Shown here: piece by piece, positions 36,616 through 50,412 of the stretch
Layout of the letters: each line of letters begins with the position of its first letter
Position numbering within the stretch: the stretch's first letter is position 1
Assembly: GCA_051294905.1 (NCBI GenBank)
Contig: CM119378.1
Coordinates: forward strand, 23,560,001-23,624,000
Direction of reading: 5' to 3'
Length of the DNA: 64,000 nt
Source: Botryllus schlosseri
Lineage: Eukaryota
The notes under the pieces: model-generated
The model's database searches: none
What the model saw: the letters and a program-made list of their open reading frames with translations, nothing else
Told to the model about the DNA's origin: nothing
Translations under genes and position numbers: made by a program

Positions 36616-38800
36616 TATTATATATTATATAATATACATACATTGTATATGATGAGTCGGTGTATATGCCGAAAAAACACCAAAGGCAAAAATGGCTAAC
36701 GTCACTTCCTTTCCTTAAGTTCGTGTATAATCTAAGAGTACATTGATGATTGATCTTAAGCCATATGTGCGACTTGACTTTTCCAGTTTTAATGCCAGTA
36801 ACATCATAATTGGTGACACTTTTGTTGATAAACAATGTACATATCCATCCATTCCCTGCTTGTTGACGATTACCCCCGACGAGTGTCATCCGATATATTC
36901 GGGTACATTTCAGTATGAATATATCATATATTGTACACTGAAATTTGGTACCTCCACGATTCTCATCAAATTTCAGGGGCGTATTGCGATTTGGATCAGG
37001 TAACCCACGAATAATTGAGTGCACGCATTGGGCCCCTGATATTACTTTATATGTTGTCTTTTGTCTGAAATAGACGTTGCCCGAGTTCCATCACTCGCTC
37101 TCAAAATTAGGTAATGCTCATGTTAAAGCGTTCATCCGACTTGATACTTTATTTTGGTACATCTTAGGCGTAAGTAGGACGGCGGAAAATTCGTCTGAAG
37201 TTCTGTTTTGCGTTTTCGCAAGGAAAAAAAGACTCCATGCTCCCATCCCACGTGTTTTGATAGCAAAATATGTGTTTTGTACTCAAATAAAATATGTCAC
37301 GACGATTAACTTGAGTCAGCCCACCGCCCAGCTGCTTAATTCGTCCATTTTGACGGCGTAAGAAATCCGATACGATCGACCCCTCTGTGTGCTTGAGACA
37401 CCGGTTCGGACGCCATGTGAAAGTCGGTTGTATAAAGGCGTCCGGAGACTCAGAAGCGGATTACGGATATGGTCCAGCAGTCTGGAACTGTCAGCGGCAA
37501 CTGTAAATTGATCAGTGATCTGGTCAAGGATGATAATCGTGTTTGTATATCCAGGCCGTTATATACTAAATCTATGCGCGGTGGGCTGTTTAAACGGCGA
37601 TAAATCGACTATTCAACAGTCAATTATTCGTAGGTAAACTGTTGTGGGGTATTCGTCTGTTTAAATCGGCTCTACATGTCATAAGTCGTTGGATTTCGCT
37701 CTGCCTGTTCATATGCATGCTCTCTGTTGTTGCAGAAGAAATACGTAGTTTTAGCTGTTTGACGCGCTTATCCTTTGCGCTTCTTTTCTCGATAGGGATT
37801 TTGGTCTTGATGAGACGGGTGCAATTGCGTACCATCGCCAACACATGTCCAGTCCATATAAGCAGCGGGAGGAATTAATTATATCAGCCCCTGCCATCCC
37901 GTTTTGAAGGGTCTTTACGGGTTAAGACTTCACAATAAAAGTAATGATAATAATGACTTCAAATGGTTGCTCTCTGAGTCCGGACCAGAGCAATAAATAT
38001 AGCGTGCATTCAGTACAAAGTTAGATGTCTGTGGCCGTTGCTGCGATTGTTACTAAAGGGTTGATAAATCAATTGAATTCGCAAACAGGTTAGCGTGGTA
38101 ACTGACATTCCATATAGCTCTTCACTAGGAAGCTTTTGATGGCCGTAAATATGTTGCTTATATTTTTGACGTAGTGTAGATCAATCTAATGGTGATTGCG
38201 TTCTATTCCGTGACATACCAATGATGTGTATAAAAGGAACAAATTACATGTCAACTCTGGATTCATTCTCAATATACTCCCCTTTTCTTGAGGCTACAGG
38301 TGCCATCAATCGTCCACGTGCTCACATGCTTGTGAAGTGCGACTGATCAAATTCACTGCGCCTTTCGCTCACCGGCTTCATATCCTGACGGTAACGTCTT
38401 CAATGATCTAATCCACACTCGCCCACCCGCCAATCGAATTAAGGCTTAATATATTGCTCGAATATGATCGGCACAAGTGGTGTCTTGTGCTGGCAGCTGA
38501 CTTCTTAACCGCCGAAAAAGGTCGTGGGCAAACACAGACCCTCTAATTAAAGCAACCGCCCGGTCGATAAAGCGACGAGCACGAGATTTAAGGGGTTATC
38601 CGAGGCGAATTTCAATCATTTGTATTGAAAAAACGTTGTTACTGGCTTACACTGACATTTTAAAGCCCTTGACCGGACTGAGACAGACCTAATATAATAA
38701 TAGTTATGGCATTGGGTAACGAGGAATATAAATCATTTGTGGAGTTTGATATGTGTTCGATGTAGTGGCTAATTGCTGTATTTATATCACGTCCAGTGTA

Positions 38801-38930
38801 AGCGGTGTTTTATAAAAGCCTAGAAGTGGGCCGTGCTATAAGCGGCAGCTACGGAATAACAATGAAGAAAATTGGCCTAGTGAACGTGACCATAGTCAAC
38901 TAAAACCATGAATATAATAAAAACAAACAA
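38801..38930 (+). mobile_element. 5'-truncated copy of SINE family 1
   Basis: AGCGGTGTTTTATAAAAGCCTAGAAGTGGGCCGTGCTATAAG...GCAGCTACGGAA...CCATGAATA plus a CAAA tail matches the 23.5-23.7 kb copy. Confidence 0.8.
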
Positions 38931-40802
38931 TAACACGACCATTTTGTTTTTGCAACCTTTCTACGAATACCCGAAGCGCTGCGTATATAGGACTGAGCAT
39001 ACGCACAATTTCGATCACCGCATATAGAACGTATCATATATACTACACACAGTCTGCATGTTGCTTGACTTTCAGCAAAATTGCATGAGCGTAAAACCCG
39101 CTATGAATGTCTATAACTACACCTACACCAAGCGGATATGTGCACTGCAGTGGTTCGATGCAATGCTTTTTTTGCTGTCAGTTCTGATACAAAAGGTCAT
39201 TGGACACTGGACAGTAACCTGTATTGCTAACCGGTTCGCTGATCTCACAAAATTTCGTGAGATGGTTCTATAGATTCAAGGCGAGCTATAAGCCCCTGTA
39301 TCAGATAAATGCATTAGTCCTATATGAATATGCCAATAAAAATTAATTTCTGGCCCTTGACTTTACAGTATTTCAATGGTTTACATGTAATAGACCTGAA
39401 AAGACAGTGAGAGATACTTTTACCATAGAAGGAACTGAGTCAAAATGATCAGTTCTGATGAGTGCGATGATTGAAATCGCGACCATATAATCAAATCGTG
39501 GCAAGATTGAATATCAAGCATGTCAAAGTGGTGCCAGTAACGTAGTCACTGAAAGTCTGCTGTAAGACTCAGTCATATCAACATTTCGCATGCAAAGGGC
39601 GCACATTTCATGTCCATGCGTGGTGTTGAAAAATCATTGGTAATCACCAGTTTGAAGGATTCCGGTCTCTATGAGTTGATCATTTTCGGGGAAAAGTCCG
39701 TGAGTACAGCAGGGCTGTACATTAAGAGGAATAACTGTGAGAGACTATACATTGCATCAAGACTTTCTTTGTAATACAGCACGCCTCATGGAACTTCGCA
39801 GATTATTGCGACTGGTTGTCTGCGCCTACGCCATTTCATATATATCGAACAAAATGTAGCATATACGAACAATTAAAATCTATTTCATTCAGTTTGTGAG
39901 ACATTGATCAAGACGAGGATCAAATTCAGATTTGGGTCGCGCTCTAGAAGGACGCATTGCTATAATCCAACGCCTCAGCTTCGAAGCCGGCATTTTATTG
40001 CAAACAGAGCGACCAAGGATGTAGCGATGTGTAACAGCCAGATGATATTCATAGTTGAATTCGTTGAGAAATTACAATAGGGCATACGCATCGAGTCATG
40101 CGTAACAAAACAATCATTTAAAAAATTCCGGCTAAGGTCAATCGGCTAATCCCATTGCGCCCGGACAGGAAACATGCGAATGACAATCACAATAATGTTG
40201 TCATCCAGAACCAATTACTTTGCTCCGAAGTCTTCCGCCCCATGGAAGTGCCGGACGCTTTTGGTCGAAATTTGTTTGATGACAAGAAAACTCGATAAAA
40301 TACGGAACAATAGAAAATCCCGTGTATCAGTTGCAACGGATTCGAGGAAACGTTTTCAAATAAATGCACTATTTACTCCATCACAGCAGAATTTAAACTC
40401 TACAAAGTTATATAGTGAGACATATCGTCACAAATTTGCCCATGGCAGTTGGAAGTAACACTGGTAGCCTATTACTGCAGAATTGATTGGACATTAGGCT
40501 TACCATATCAGGAATCAATTCAGGGCATTAACAACATAGTATTCAGAGGAATTTCAGATTCAACTATATACTATGTTGTGCCGATGGCGGACGATATATA
40601 TATAAGCTTAAGGCTGTGAAAATTTATCAATAAGGCGATTTACTGAAATGTCGTCATGGTGGTTCTATTGTGCGTGTAGTTTTCCTTTCGTTACAGCGTT
40701 ACTCTAACGTGCAGGCCCGTCACAGCAAAATATATTGTGGAACAATGATTTGGTGACACGATTGTTGATATACAATGTTCTTTTCAATTACCTACTGTAA
40801 CT

Positions 40803-40874
40803 GCTGACGATTATCCGTGACGAGTGTCAGCCGAAAATATTCGGGTTTATTTCCACATGAATATATTATTCAAT
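40803..40874. mobile_element. Half copy of the 62601-62754 palindromic MITE
   Basis: GCTGACGATTATCCGTGACGAGTGTCAGCCGAAAATATTCGGGTT...ATGAATATATTATTCAAT is the reverse complement of the left arm plus part of the spacer. Confidence 0.8.
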
Positions 40875-42511
40875 AATAACGGAATTTGTCCGATCAACGC
40901 CATTGCTTTTTAAAGGATTAAACCACATCTTGATTAAAAGGTCGATGAACTTTACATATCGTAATAATCTTGACAATATAAAATACTCCAATCCGTCCCT
41001 GTATTCATTCGCCGTGTTTGCGCAGAGAGCGACAAAGGAGCCGGCGTGCCATCGATCATGGGACATTTTTGAAGGGCTTGGTGCGGGCGGCGGAACAGAG
41101 GGATTGGTAACACCGTCAACAAGCTAGCCTTTAAGGGAACGCTTACACGATGGGAACGTTTATTGATTTGAAAAGGTCATGAAATTGGTCAGGAATATGT
41201 CGGCTATTGCAATAAATCGTTTTTGACGAAGAGGTAAATATAGGATCACAGCATTGGACATTCACACGAAAGCATGATTCACCATTTCTCTCATAAAGGA
41301 GAGATCGTGTGCGTGTAGCAAAGTCGAAAACATTCTAGTTTTGCATTGGCTATTGAGAATTAAAAATAGAGCTACAATTACAAATGTATAACCCTAAGAA
41401 AGCTCAACCATCGCATGTCGTCATATAAATGACACAGAGAAACTCTGCGAAATGCAGGAATTCCAATTCAAATGTAATTCGTGAATTGTTTTATGCCCTA
41501 ATTTTAAGTCTACTGTCTTGTCCGGTTTTCCTGAAAATTTTTCGGGACAAATCTATATCGCGAAGCAAGCCAAGCTCGGTATCCAGGCATTAGGCCATTT
41601 TTCGTGCTTATGAGACTGAATTCCCATTTGATATGAACTGAATTCAATTATGGTTGTATTTCATTCTAATTCGCCATGTAATTCAGTCCGCAAGTTTTTG
41701 CGAATTCAATAATTCTAATTCATATCTAATTTCGAAGGGAAAACTGTACGGTTATAATTCTATATAATTTGGACAAGCTAAAAACTTTCTACTTTGGCAA
41801 TTCAGATTGTAACGTCATTATGTTATGTTGGAAATAACTTTGCTTTACCATGCTCTACATGCCAGCATGCATAGTAAGTTTATAGCTGTATGGAGCAGTC
41901 TAGAGTGTTAGATCTCTGAATTCCACGCACGCAATTCTCCACCAAATCGAGTGGCCCAAATTTACGTTCCTTAAAATCATTCAAGCTCTTATTGACTGCG
42001 AGATAGAAACACGCTGTTCTGCGCAAAGGAGAAAATATTCACGAAGGTCATAACCTTACTGTAAGGCTCGTGTATTTTCATGAATAAATTTGTTATGATG
42101 GATTACATAAATTTATTAAGTATACATAGCGCCCGTACGAATCCCGATACCGTGTTGTTACGTGGGATTCTCGAGTGTGAACCGCGTAATTGGATAAGAA
42201 AAATTGACACATGCCTCGCCAGGACATTAGCATGACAATGAATTGCCTAATGTACCCGATATCGTCTTTCCGACGGACAGATCGCTCTAGCAAGCTGCGA
42301 CGCTTATGGATTGTAAATAAAACCCGGCGGGATCGGCAATTCACTGCAAATTTTCTGCGGTATTGGCTCCGAAACGGGCGCGCTGATAATCGCATTTCGC
42401 TGATGTATGATCGATTGCTGTTCGGAAAAATCGAATTATGTTTGCACCGTTTTCGGCGATAATTGAGCAAAATACGTTTATCTTCGGAGCGTCCAATCAA
42501 CACCTGCTTAC

Positions 42512-45277
42512 CCCGTCAATGCGACTCGGAAGAAGAACAGATAGCGGACATGGATTCTTTTTCTGAAAATCCTTTATTAAAATATCTAACAGAGATAAAT
42601 TCAAAATGTGCGATACCACTATGGGCGGGGCTAGAATTAACGACGATATTCGGTTTCAACAATAAATCAATAAACAGCACTGTAGCCCCACAGGAAATAT
42701 CCCGGCGATCAAAAATTTTGAAACACAAAAGAGCATTTGATATATAGGCGGTAATTCCCGAAGAATATGGTGCCTTCGACTTGCCGAGCATAAAATACAT
42801 GCGGACGGATAGAAAGCAACGCTTTTACGATAGTCTTATTACAGTTTGGTGTCTGAAATATGATTTTCTCAGAATGGGGTGGTATTTATCCAATACATCC
42901 AGCCTGTTAATGAGTTTTTAGTATGAACTGCTTTCATTCATAAATGAGGCCTAAACTGGGTAATAAAGGTATATTCATTAGAATATATATTCCATACGCG
43001 AAAGTGGCATATCCTAAACTATATGTCCACTGGAATCCACGAGATAAAAATTATTCGAATAATTCAAGTATCATATTGGTTCTATTGGAAAAATATTTCA
43101 GACATTCACACATTATTTAATACTGCTAAGAAATTAAATGACATATTTCTCAACACAATTTCAAAAATCCAATTTAAATCGACCATATATATGAAGGGGG
43201 CAATAATGACATGAAAAGTGACCAGAGATGCTTTAAAACTGATCTGCACTCACGCATGGGCTACATACAACATTCATATCGTCAACAAAACAAAAAATTC
43301 TCACAGTATAACTTGGCATTTCCAAGGAAAAGGCTGCACACGCATGCGGGCGGTACGTAGTCTTTCGAAACGTGACCTACAACGACCTAGATCGTCATTC
43401 AACACCTTGCGGTCGGCTGGAAACGGTAGAAAACCGAAGTGTTATCCACGCACGACTTGTAAACTATTCGCTCGAAGGTGACAAAGATTTGATTTATTTC
43501 AGGCCTCATGGCTATCAATTTCACTATCAAGCTCGACGGAGCGTTTGAATTCCTCTCACGGACAATCTTTACCCTTAAAGAGATCACCATTCAACCATAA
43601 TGCGATGCAAAAGTCAAGTTTGGCGAAAATATTGCAGCAAAGATCGATCGGACTCATGTAGAAAGTGTCATGCTATTGTACCATGTATTGCCAAAAACCA
43701 GTTCTCAAATTAGTATTATTTCAAATTTTACGATCGAATCATAACGGGACCTGGTATTATTAGGTTATTCATCTCCGGTTTCTGGCAGCACATCGGATTT
43801 GTCACTCATTCCACTTCGCACAACCACATCAGATCTACACATTTACACCAGGGCTCCTGAAACTGATATCAGCGAACTATTTCTAGGGGTCTATGAAAGG
43901 GAAATGTCGAAACAAATCATCGAGGAGTATGACTACCTGGTATAGTCGCTAGTTAACTGATTCGAGGTACAGAATTGCGGTTTAACTTGATGAGATGATC
44001 TCATTTTAGTCATGAAGTGGATATTCATACATTCGATGCCGAAATAACCCAAATCGACATTGAGCAACAAAGTAAAGTCCTTTTCTCAGTCATCGGCTAC
44101 AAGGAATTTTGGGCGTACACGCAACGGCCCACAATACTTGAAGGGGCCCATGAGCAAAATAATTTACGGGCCCCTGGGCTATAGGAATGCAATGGATGGT
44201 TTCGTAAAACGGGCACAACCACTTGCCTCTGGTGCTAATACTGAAAATATAAAAGCCAGGCTTTACTCAATCATGAAGATCGGTTTCGCAAAACGCCGCA
44301 ATAGGTTAAACAGAAAAAGAAATGAGTGAAAAACGAAGCAGTTTCTGTGACCCTGGAGGATAGCGGAGGGAATAGGTAATATGCGGAATTATGTCGTATA
44401 CCTTATCGGGATAACGTCCAAGGTCATTGGAACCAATAGAACCAATAGCGCATTCTTCCGTACATAATACGGGTCTTGTATTTTGCATAGTGACCGCATA
44501 ACCTACTGCGTCCATCGGCCGTCGTAAGAAAATCTTCGAAAATAATTCCTTGCGTGGTCGCACGATGTCGCCCGCGTGTAGAAGCCTCTTCGCTTTCTGT
44601 GAAGGCAAAAAGCGACTTAGCGTCGGTAGGCTACTCATCACACACACTAAGCGAAAACTGTGTATTCGCACCATACGGTGTTACACGACCACTGAACCAA
44701 CCTATGAATTCAGGTATCCGGTTATCAGGGTGGCCAACCAATATTTTACCGGGCTTGGGGGCGAATGAACAACATTTTCTTATTTGTGTGATTCAATTTA
44801 ATTATCGAACGGTTTTAGCCAATCATCATTAGCAATCGGTGTATTTCTTCGTATATAATAAATTGCTAGCATAATTGTTTTGATTATTTTGCGTAAGAGC
44901 CGGTTCTGATTGATTCAAAGCATTATCTTCAATCATACGCGCACATCTTTTTACGTACTTCATTCATGCTGATCTAATCTTTCATGCATCATTTGAATAA
45001 ACTGTTGTTTTGGATTTATATCGCGGTATAATTCTGACGTCGGTTCAGCGTTTTTCTACCACCTTTTCGGTGAGAATACACATGCTTTCCGCTACTTCTG
45101 GAGAGGCGCAATGCGCGTCCGCGCTACGGTTTGATGCCAAGATGGACGGTATCCCTATCTCACGCCGCCTCTGATGGTGGATACGGTCTCATTACCGGTT
45201 TCACCCCATGACCAAAAGCTTACGTATAGAGCGAAACCATCGCCAGCGTCTCGCTGGCAAAAGTAAGCCGACGCCAT
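42512..45277 (-). CDS. Candidate exon chain (45277-45224, 44596-44402, 42562-42512), product unknown
   Basis: ATG within CAAAATGGCG; donors GTAAGC, GTATAC, GTAAGC; acceptors TTTTTGCCTTCACAG and TTTTCAG; all phase 0 and open: MASAYFCQRDAGDGFALY-KAKRLLHAGDIV...GRYPDK-KKNPCPLSVLLPSRIDG. Confidence 0.25.
43327..43548 (+). CDS. Candidate terminal exon resembling the C-terminal half of a divergent CUB domain
   Basis: After acceptor CATTTCCAAG: EKAAHACGRYVVFRNVTYNDLDRHSTPCGRLETVENRSVIHARLVNYSLEGDKDLIYFRPHGYQFHYQARRSV*. The spacing of E..C, CG and GYxFxY is CUB-like, with three N-glycosylation sequons. By-eye match only. Confidence 0.3.
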   Translation, partial: EKAAHACGRYVVFRNVTYNDLDRHSTPCGRLETVENRSVIHARLVNYSLEGDKDLIYFRPHGYQFHYQARRSV

Positions 45278-48200
45278 TTTGTTGTCTAGTTCAAAGAGAC
45301 TCGGGCTGATCGCGAGAGAAGCTGATCAACTCCAACCCTCAGGAACCCAGTCATGGAAAAGTCAAGGATTACACCGACCTAACCAAAATAACGGCTAATT
45401 AGGCGCTTTGACTGAATACGAAAATGGAAAATTTACGAGTCAGTAATAGTTCGGATTCAAGTTTCAACATCCGGAAAAAATACTCTCCGGGCAAGCAAGC
45501 AAAACAATCAAACCACACTGAAGAAACTAGAGGAAATGTCAGACAATTGACATTGAAGCTGTAGTCATAACATATAATCTTGGTAATCTGATTGATAGCA
45601 GAAATAGTATACATTATTGCATATAATACGCCATGCTAAACATGTGCACACTTATTTGTCTTCGCATGTCATCTGCAATATATGCAATTAATATAGTTCA
45701 TGTTCATACAGTTCAAGCAGTTAATGTACAACCTAGAATGTGCGGTCACCAAAATGCGTTTCCAATTTAATGCAGTTCGATCGCTAGGACGTCAATCTCC
45801 TTTTAAGAATACCATCCTCCGTGTTTGCTCAAATAAAAGTCTAAAAGGGTGCGATTTCAAAACGCCCAGTTATGTCTACATTTCATCAATTAATATATAT
45901 TCTTGCAAAGGAGCAAATCAGGTCGGCCCGCCATTCAGCGACCGCATCAAACGGAATTGAGACAATCGCAAGCCGCTGTTCTTTCATAAATTGCCTCGAC
46001 GCTGTGTTACCAAAGTAGGTCTGACTGAATGACTTTTTCAGAGAGCGCCAATGCTTAAAGCTGGCCTTGTTTGCTGTGGTAAATAATGAGAGCGTTTCGT
46101 GTATTTGCTTTGGGAGTCGCGCCCCGGACACAAGTGTTCTTACAGAAGGGACTGCGAAATTATACAATGCCGGCAACGGGCGAGTTTCTGTCGGTAATAA
46201 AATTGCTGGCGGCGCAAAAAGGGAACAAACACAAAAATCCAGAAACTAAACAAAAATCGAGCACTTAATTGAATGGAATGACCGGCGGATCGTATAATTC
46301 GTTCGAGGTAACGGCTTATCGCCGTTTGACTGCCTTGTTGACCTTGAATAGGGTGATTAGCGAATCATATGTATCATTGAACGAACAAAGTCATATCATA
46401 GATGCCGGTCGTCCATGTCGAATGACACAAAACTAATGACAAAATGAAACAAAATGAAAAAAATATAGATTGTACAAATGATAACTAGCCAGCAAAATGG
46501 ACAGCTGGATAACGTGGCGAAGAAGCCATCAATATCAAATTCATTATTTGTATCGCGGAAGTGAACACTGCTTGCAAAATACGAACTCGAAGCAAAAAGG
46601 ATGTCGACAGGCAACGATATCTACACAGGCGCAGATCGACAAAGTACATATGTAAATTTAAAAAGCATTTCTTGATCACATTTTCGCCAAAGTTCGGGAT
46701 ATATTATAGGAAGAATTGCCGTAATTCCATAATCAATATCGTTTATGGTTAAACGTGGAAACGTAAACATTTCCACGAACGTTTCGACGTGACGATTGAG
46801 TTTATGCGATTCGAATACCAATTTTATATCCATTTCTATAGCGATCCCTAACACTGCCATTTTCTACATAGCATGGAGATATGCCCCACAATTATAAATA
46901 TACAAAAAGCATAGAAAAACATGCTACACAGATCTTAAAATGCCGAGTTATGCTGACTATAGTCAAAACTAAAGTACCCGAGTTAATTGAGAAATAATTT
47001 CTGAGAGATCAAGATATGAGCACCCATTAAATGGCGGCTTATAGCCCTACGACGGATTTACGTGCAGACAAATTGAGCATTTGCCTATGACTCTCTGCTG
47101 ACCAAAATTTCTTTCGAACGTAATTTATCCTTTCTAACGTAAAGGCAAATAAACTGATATGCTTTTATATATAATGATAAGAACCATTAAGTCCATGCAT
47201 CAGATAACTAAATAGTTTAATAGATATAAAATAAATGAATATAATAGGCCAATGCCGCAGTCCGAAAGCACCCATACGTAATTCTACATGTCCTAAAATA
47301 TACCCCAACCATGCGCCTCTCACATAATATGCGCTTTTAAGTCACAGTAATCTACCGGTCTTACTCTCCATCACAATATAGCCTCGCACAAGTGATGTTT
47401 AAATAATATGCTGCGATTGCGTGAGATTTGTGCTTGACAGTTGGCCCTTACGCTACCTCATAATTTTACCCTGAAATTCAACGCGCTGAGTCGCGTACCC
47501 GCATAAAATGGTGATCGATTCTAATTTACTCACACTACCATAAAATTGTATTTTGATTTTGTACGTATTGCCAATGTAAGCACTCGTTGGCTTTGGGGTG
47601 ATGTGACAAGCATCGTGCGGACACCCAAGTCGGATTGGATAGCAATGGTAACTCAAATATAATTGCCAGTAAATATAAGTTCAACCTGTTCCGTCTGCCC
47701 CTTCATCATATACATGGAGATACGTAGGCGTGCATTTATTCCCTATATTACGAAGCCACTGTGAAATACTCAAGATACGCTCACCAAAGGATTATATTCA
47801 CTTTTAAATTGCCCAAAATGGGTTCCGAAAATACTTTTGAAGAGTTTCAAACTCAAGTTTACGGTCCGTATCGAGTATACTCCAAACACTCTTTATGTAT
47901 TCATACAGTCTGTGGAAAGCATTTTCTATTCACCCGCTAATCATAGTCATTATAATGTCAATGATTTGGAGAATGGTATGGGCTGCTCAATTTTTGAAGG
48001 CTAGTATTCCATGGAAATATCTATAACGCAGTGTCATACAAGATCATGGAAATTTTCATTGGATGTTACTATCGTTTCAAATTTCGGCCGTTGTACCAGC
48101 CGATGTCAAATCATATGCAATTCGCGAATAGATTTAATGTCCACATGTCCATGTCTTTGGTATCGTACACATCATGGCCTGTTCAAAACAGGAAATTATT

Positions 48201-48329
48201 AAATAGCCTATAGTCAGCATCCAGAGATGCTTACTAATAGCATTTACTGAGGTATCATACATATACACACTACACAGCACAAATACGCACCGCATTATTG
48301 AATTACTACATACAGTATATCATCTTTAG

Positions 48330-48830
48330 TGTAACGCGGTAAAACAAAATTGTGTTCAAAAGATATTACTAAATATAGAACGACAGGAAAATCATCATCA
48401 ACTAAGTCGAAGCATGCCGCGCCAACGTTCTGGTGGCGATGCCAAAATTTTATTGCCGCGAAAAGGTCGATATGCAGAATTGGCAACAGCGTATTGGATC
48501 GTTCACATGCTCGATCTGGCAGTGAAGAAAAGCCTGATTCCCAGCGACGCGAAATATTATTCAAATATTGTTTGTCATTATGCGCAACCTTCCAATACCA
48601 GGCCCCCAACAATCGGGAGGCGATGGCGGATTCACATTCGCATATTTCACGGCAATGTGTATCGCATAATGGGAAAATTCTATACCGATCTAGATGTGTC
48701 GAAAATCTCTTACGCAAACACCTACTGCGACCACACTCCACGCAAATCACGTGACCCGGGTTTGTGTGAATACAATCTCCCTGATGTATACGAACGCCGA
48801 AACAATTGTAAGGTTCCCGCTTTGTTGTGA
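48330..48830. other. About 500-bp block with three overlapping open frames (two +, one -)
   Basis: ORFs 48350-48754 (+), 48414-48830 (+, open from 48330) and 48295-48750 (-). Likely one real coding exon or a transposon fragment; not identified. Confidence 0.3.
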
Positions 48831-50325
48831 TATATTTATTGCCTGCAATTTTAGCTGCCTTTGAACATTTTTATTCTGACCTGTATTGGGTTTCTCGGCA
48901 AACAATATGGCGTGATGTACAATGTATCTAAAATGACAGTGGTAACCCATTCATGTGGTCCGTGCTATGATCCACATTAAAAGCAGTGAAGTGATTTTAT
49001 CAATGCACATAATGGATATATCGAGGATTTAACATGTAAGATAACCAGTTAGAGTGGAGGGGTAAGAATAATACGACAACATATCACAAAGGGTTGGGGT
49101 TCTTTGTAGTTTGCACCGAAATCCACCAAAATAAAAGTCGTCTTTTCATTCGATTAGTAAGTAGTCGGAAAATTGATCTCCGGACCAACATTGATACTCC
49201 GGCCCCGCAGTAAAAGGCTTTCTTATGTTTTGTTGATGTCTTTTAATAGTGGTAATATTTACTTGTAACACCCACACCCTTGTAAGAAAACACCGTACAA
49301 TAGAATTGGAAAAGTGTGCGCAACATGACACCGCGCGAGTCTTCGGAGCAACAACTATAGCACTCGATTACTTAGTAAACAGCAAATTTATTTAACTCTA
49401 CCACAAACAAAAATCGGATTATTCGAGATATTGCTTTATGCAGCACTGATGGTGTTTATGCGTTGTTCTTACAAACGCATTGAATTCGGATGCAGCCAGG
49501 TCTATACTAGCATGTAATACATAACTCTCGCATATTGAACTTGTAATCCATTTCAAAACGATATCTGGGAACAGGTTTCATCAAAATTTAGATTTTCATA
49601 TTCTGTTTAATGATGTATAACTCTAACAGTACATTAAATCCAAATTAATCAAGTAGTGTAGCAATATCATATGTTTTGGAAAGTGTTTAGTATCACTGAC
49701 AGATTTTGCTGTATACCTGTAGTTCACTGTCATACACTCGTCATTGGTGTCAATAGGACGTAGGATCTGCAAGAAACTGGAAAATGACTTTGCGGGATAT
49801 TTTTATGATTCAATACTATTTGTGTAACTAATGCGGCATCGCGGTTTTGATCATATTTTTGTACAATACGAGATTGTACAGAAATTAGGAGTTAAGATTC
49901 CGTTATAACTGGTAGGTTTCAGATAGTTTCAGAATCAACGAACATCTATCAAGTGAAGTAGAGCAATGGTATAGCCTACTCAAAAGCGAATATCACGTGA
50001 CCGGCTGGAACAAAACATTTATGGGGCAAATACTGACAACCGGAATGACTTAAAAAGGACGACGTGAAGAAGTCAATACCTATGATACCATGATCTCTTG
50101 AAGTGATTTTGATGGAAACATGGCAGCAATAAGGACAATAACTGTAAATATCTGCTTTCCAAACTTGGGATTATGATAGGTGATACACTAAACAGATTGA
50201 TTGCATATTCATTACACACCCGGAATACTACCAATGTCAACTGGTTGTCAACTTCTGCATAACTATTACCAATGACCATAAGCCTAATTTTCCATAAACA
50301 TTTTTTCAACATATCCATAGAAGTT

Positions 50326-50412
50326 GGCAGCTACGGAATAATAATAAAAAATAATGTTGTGGTGTAAATGACCATTACAGTCGAATGACACCATGAATAT
50401 CACAAACCAACA
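50326..50412 (+). mobile_element. 3' fragment of SINE family 1
   Basis: GCAGCTACGGAATAATAA...TGGTGTAAATGACCAT...CACCATGAATA plus a CAAA-like tail. Confidence 0.65.

Noticed and set aside
39560-39700. LVITSLKDSGLYEL resembling an Ig-domain strand, with a GTGAGT donor
   Set aside because: Spacing is wrong, the cysteine is missing and there is no good acceptor.
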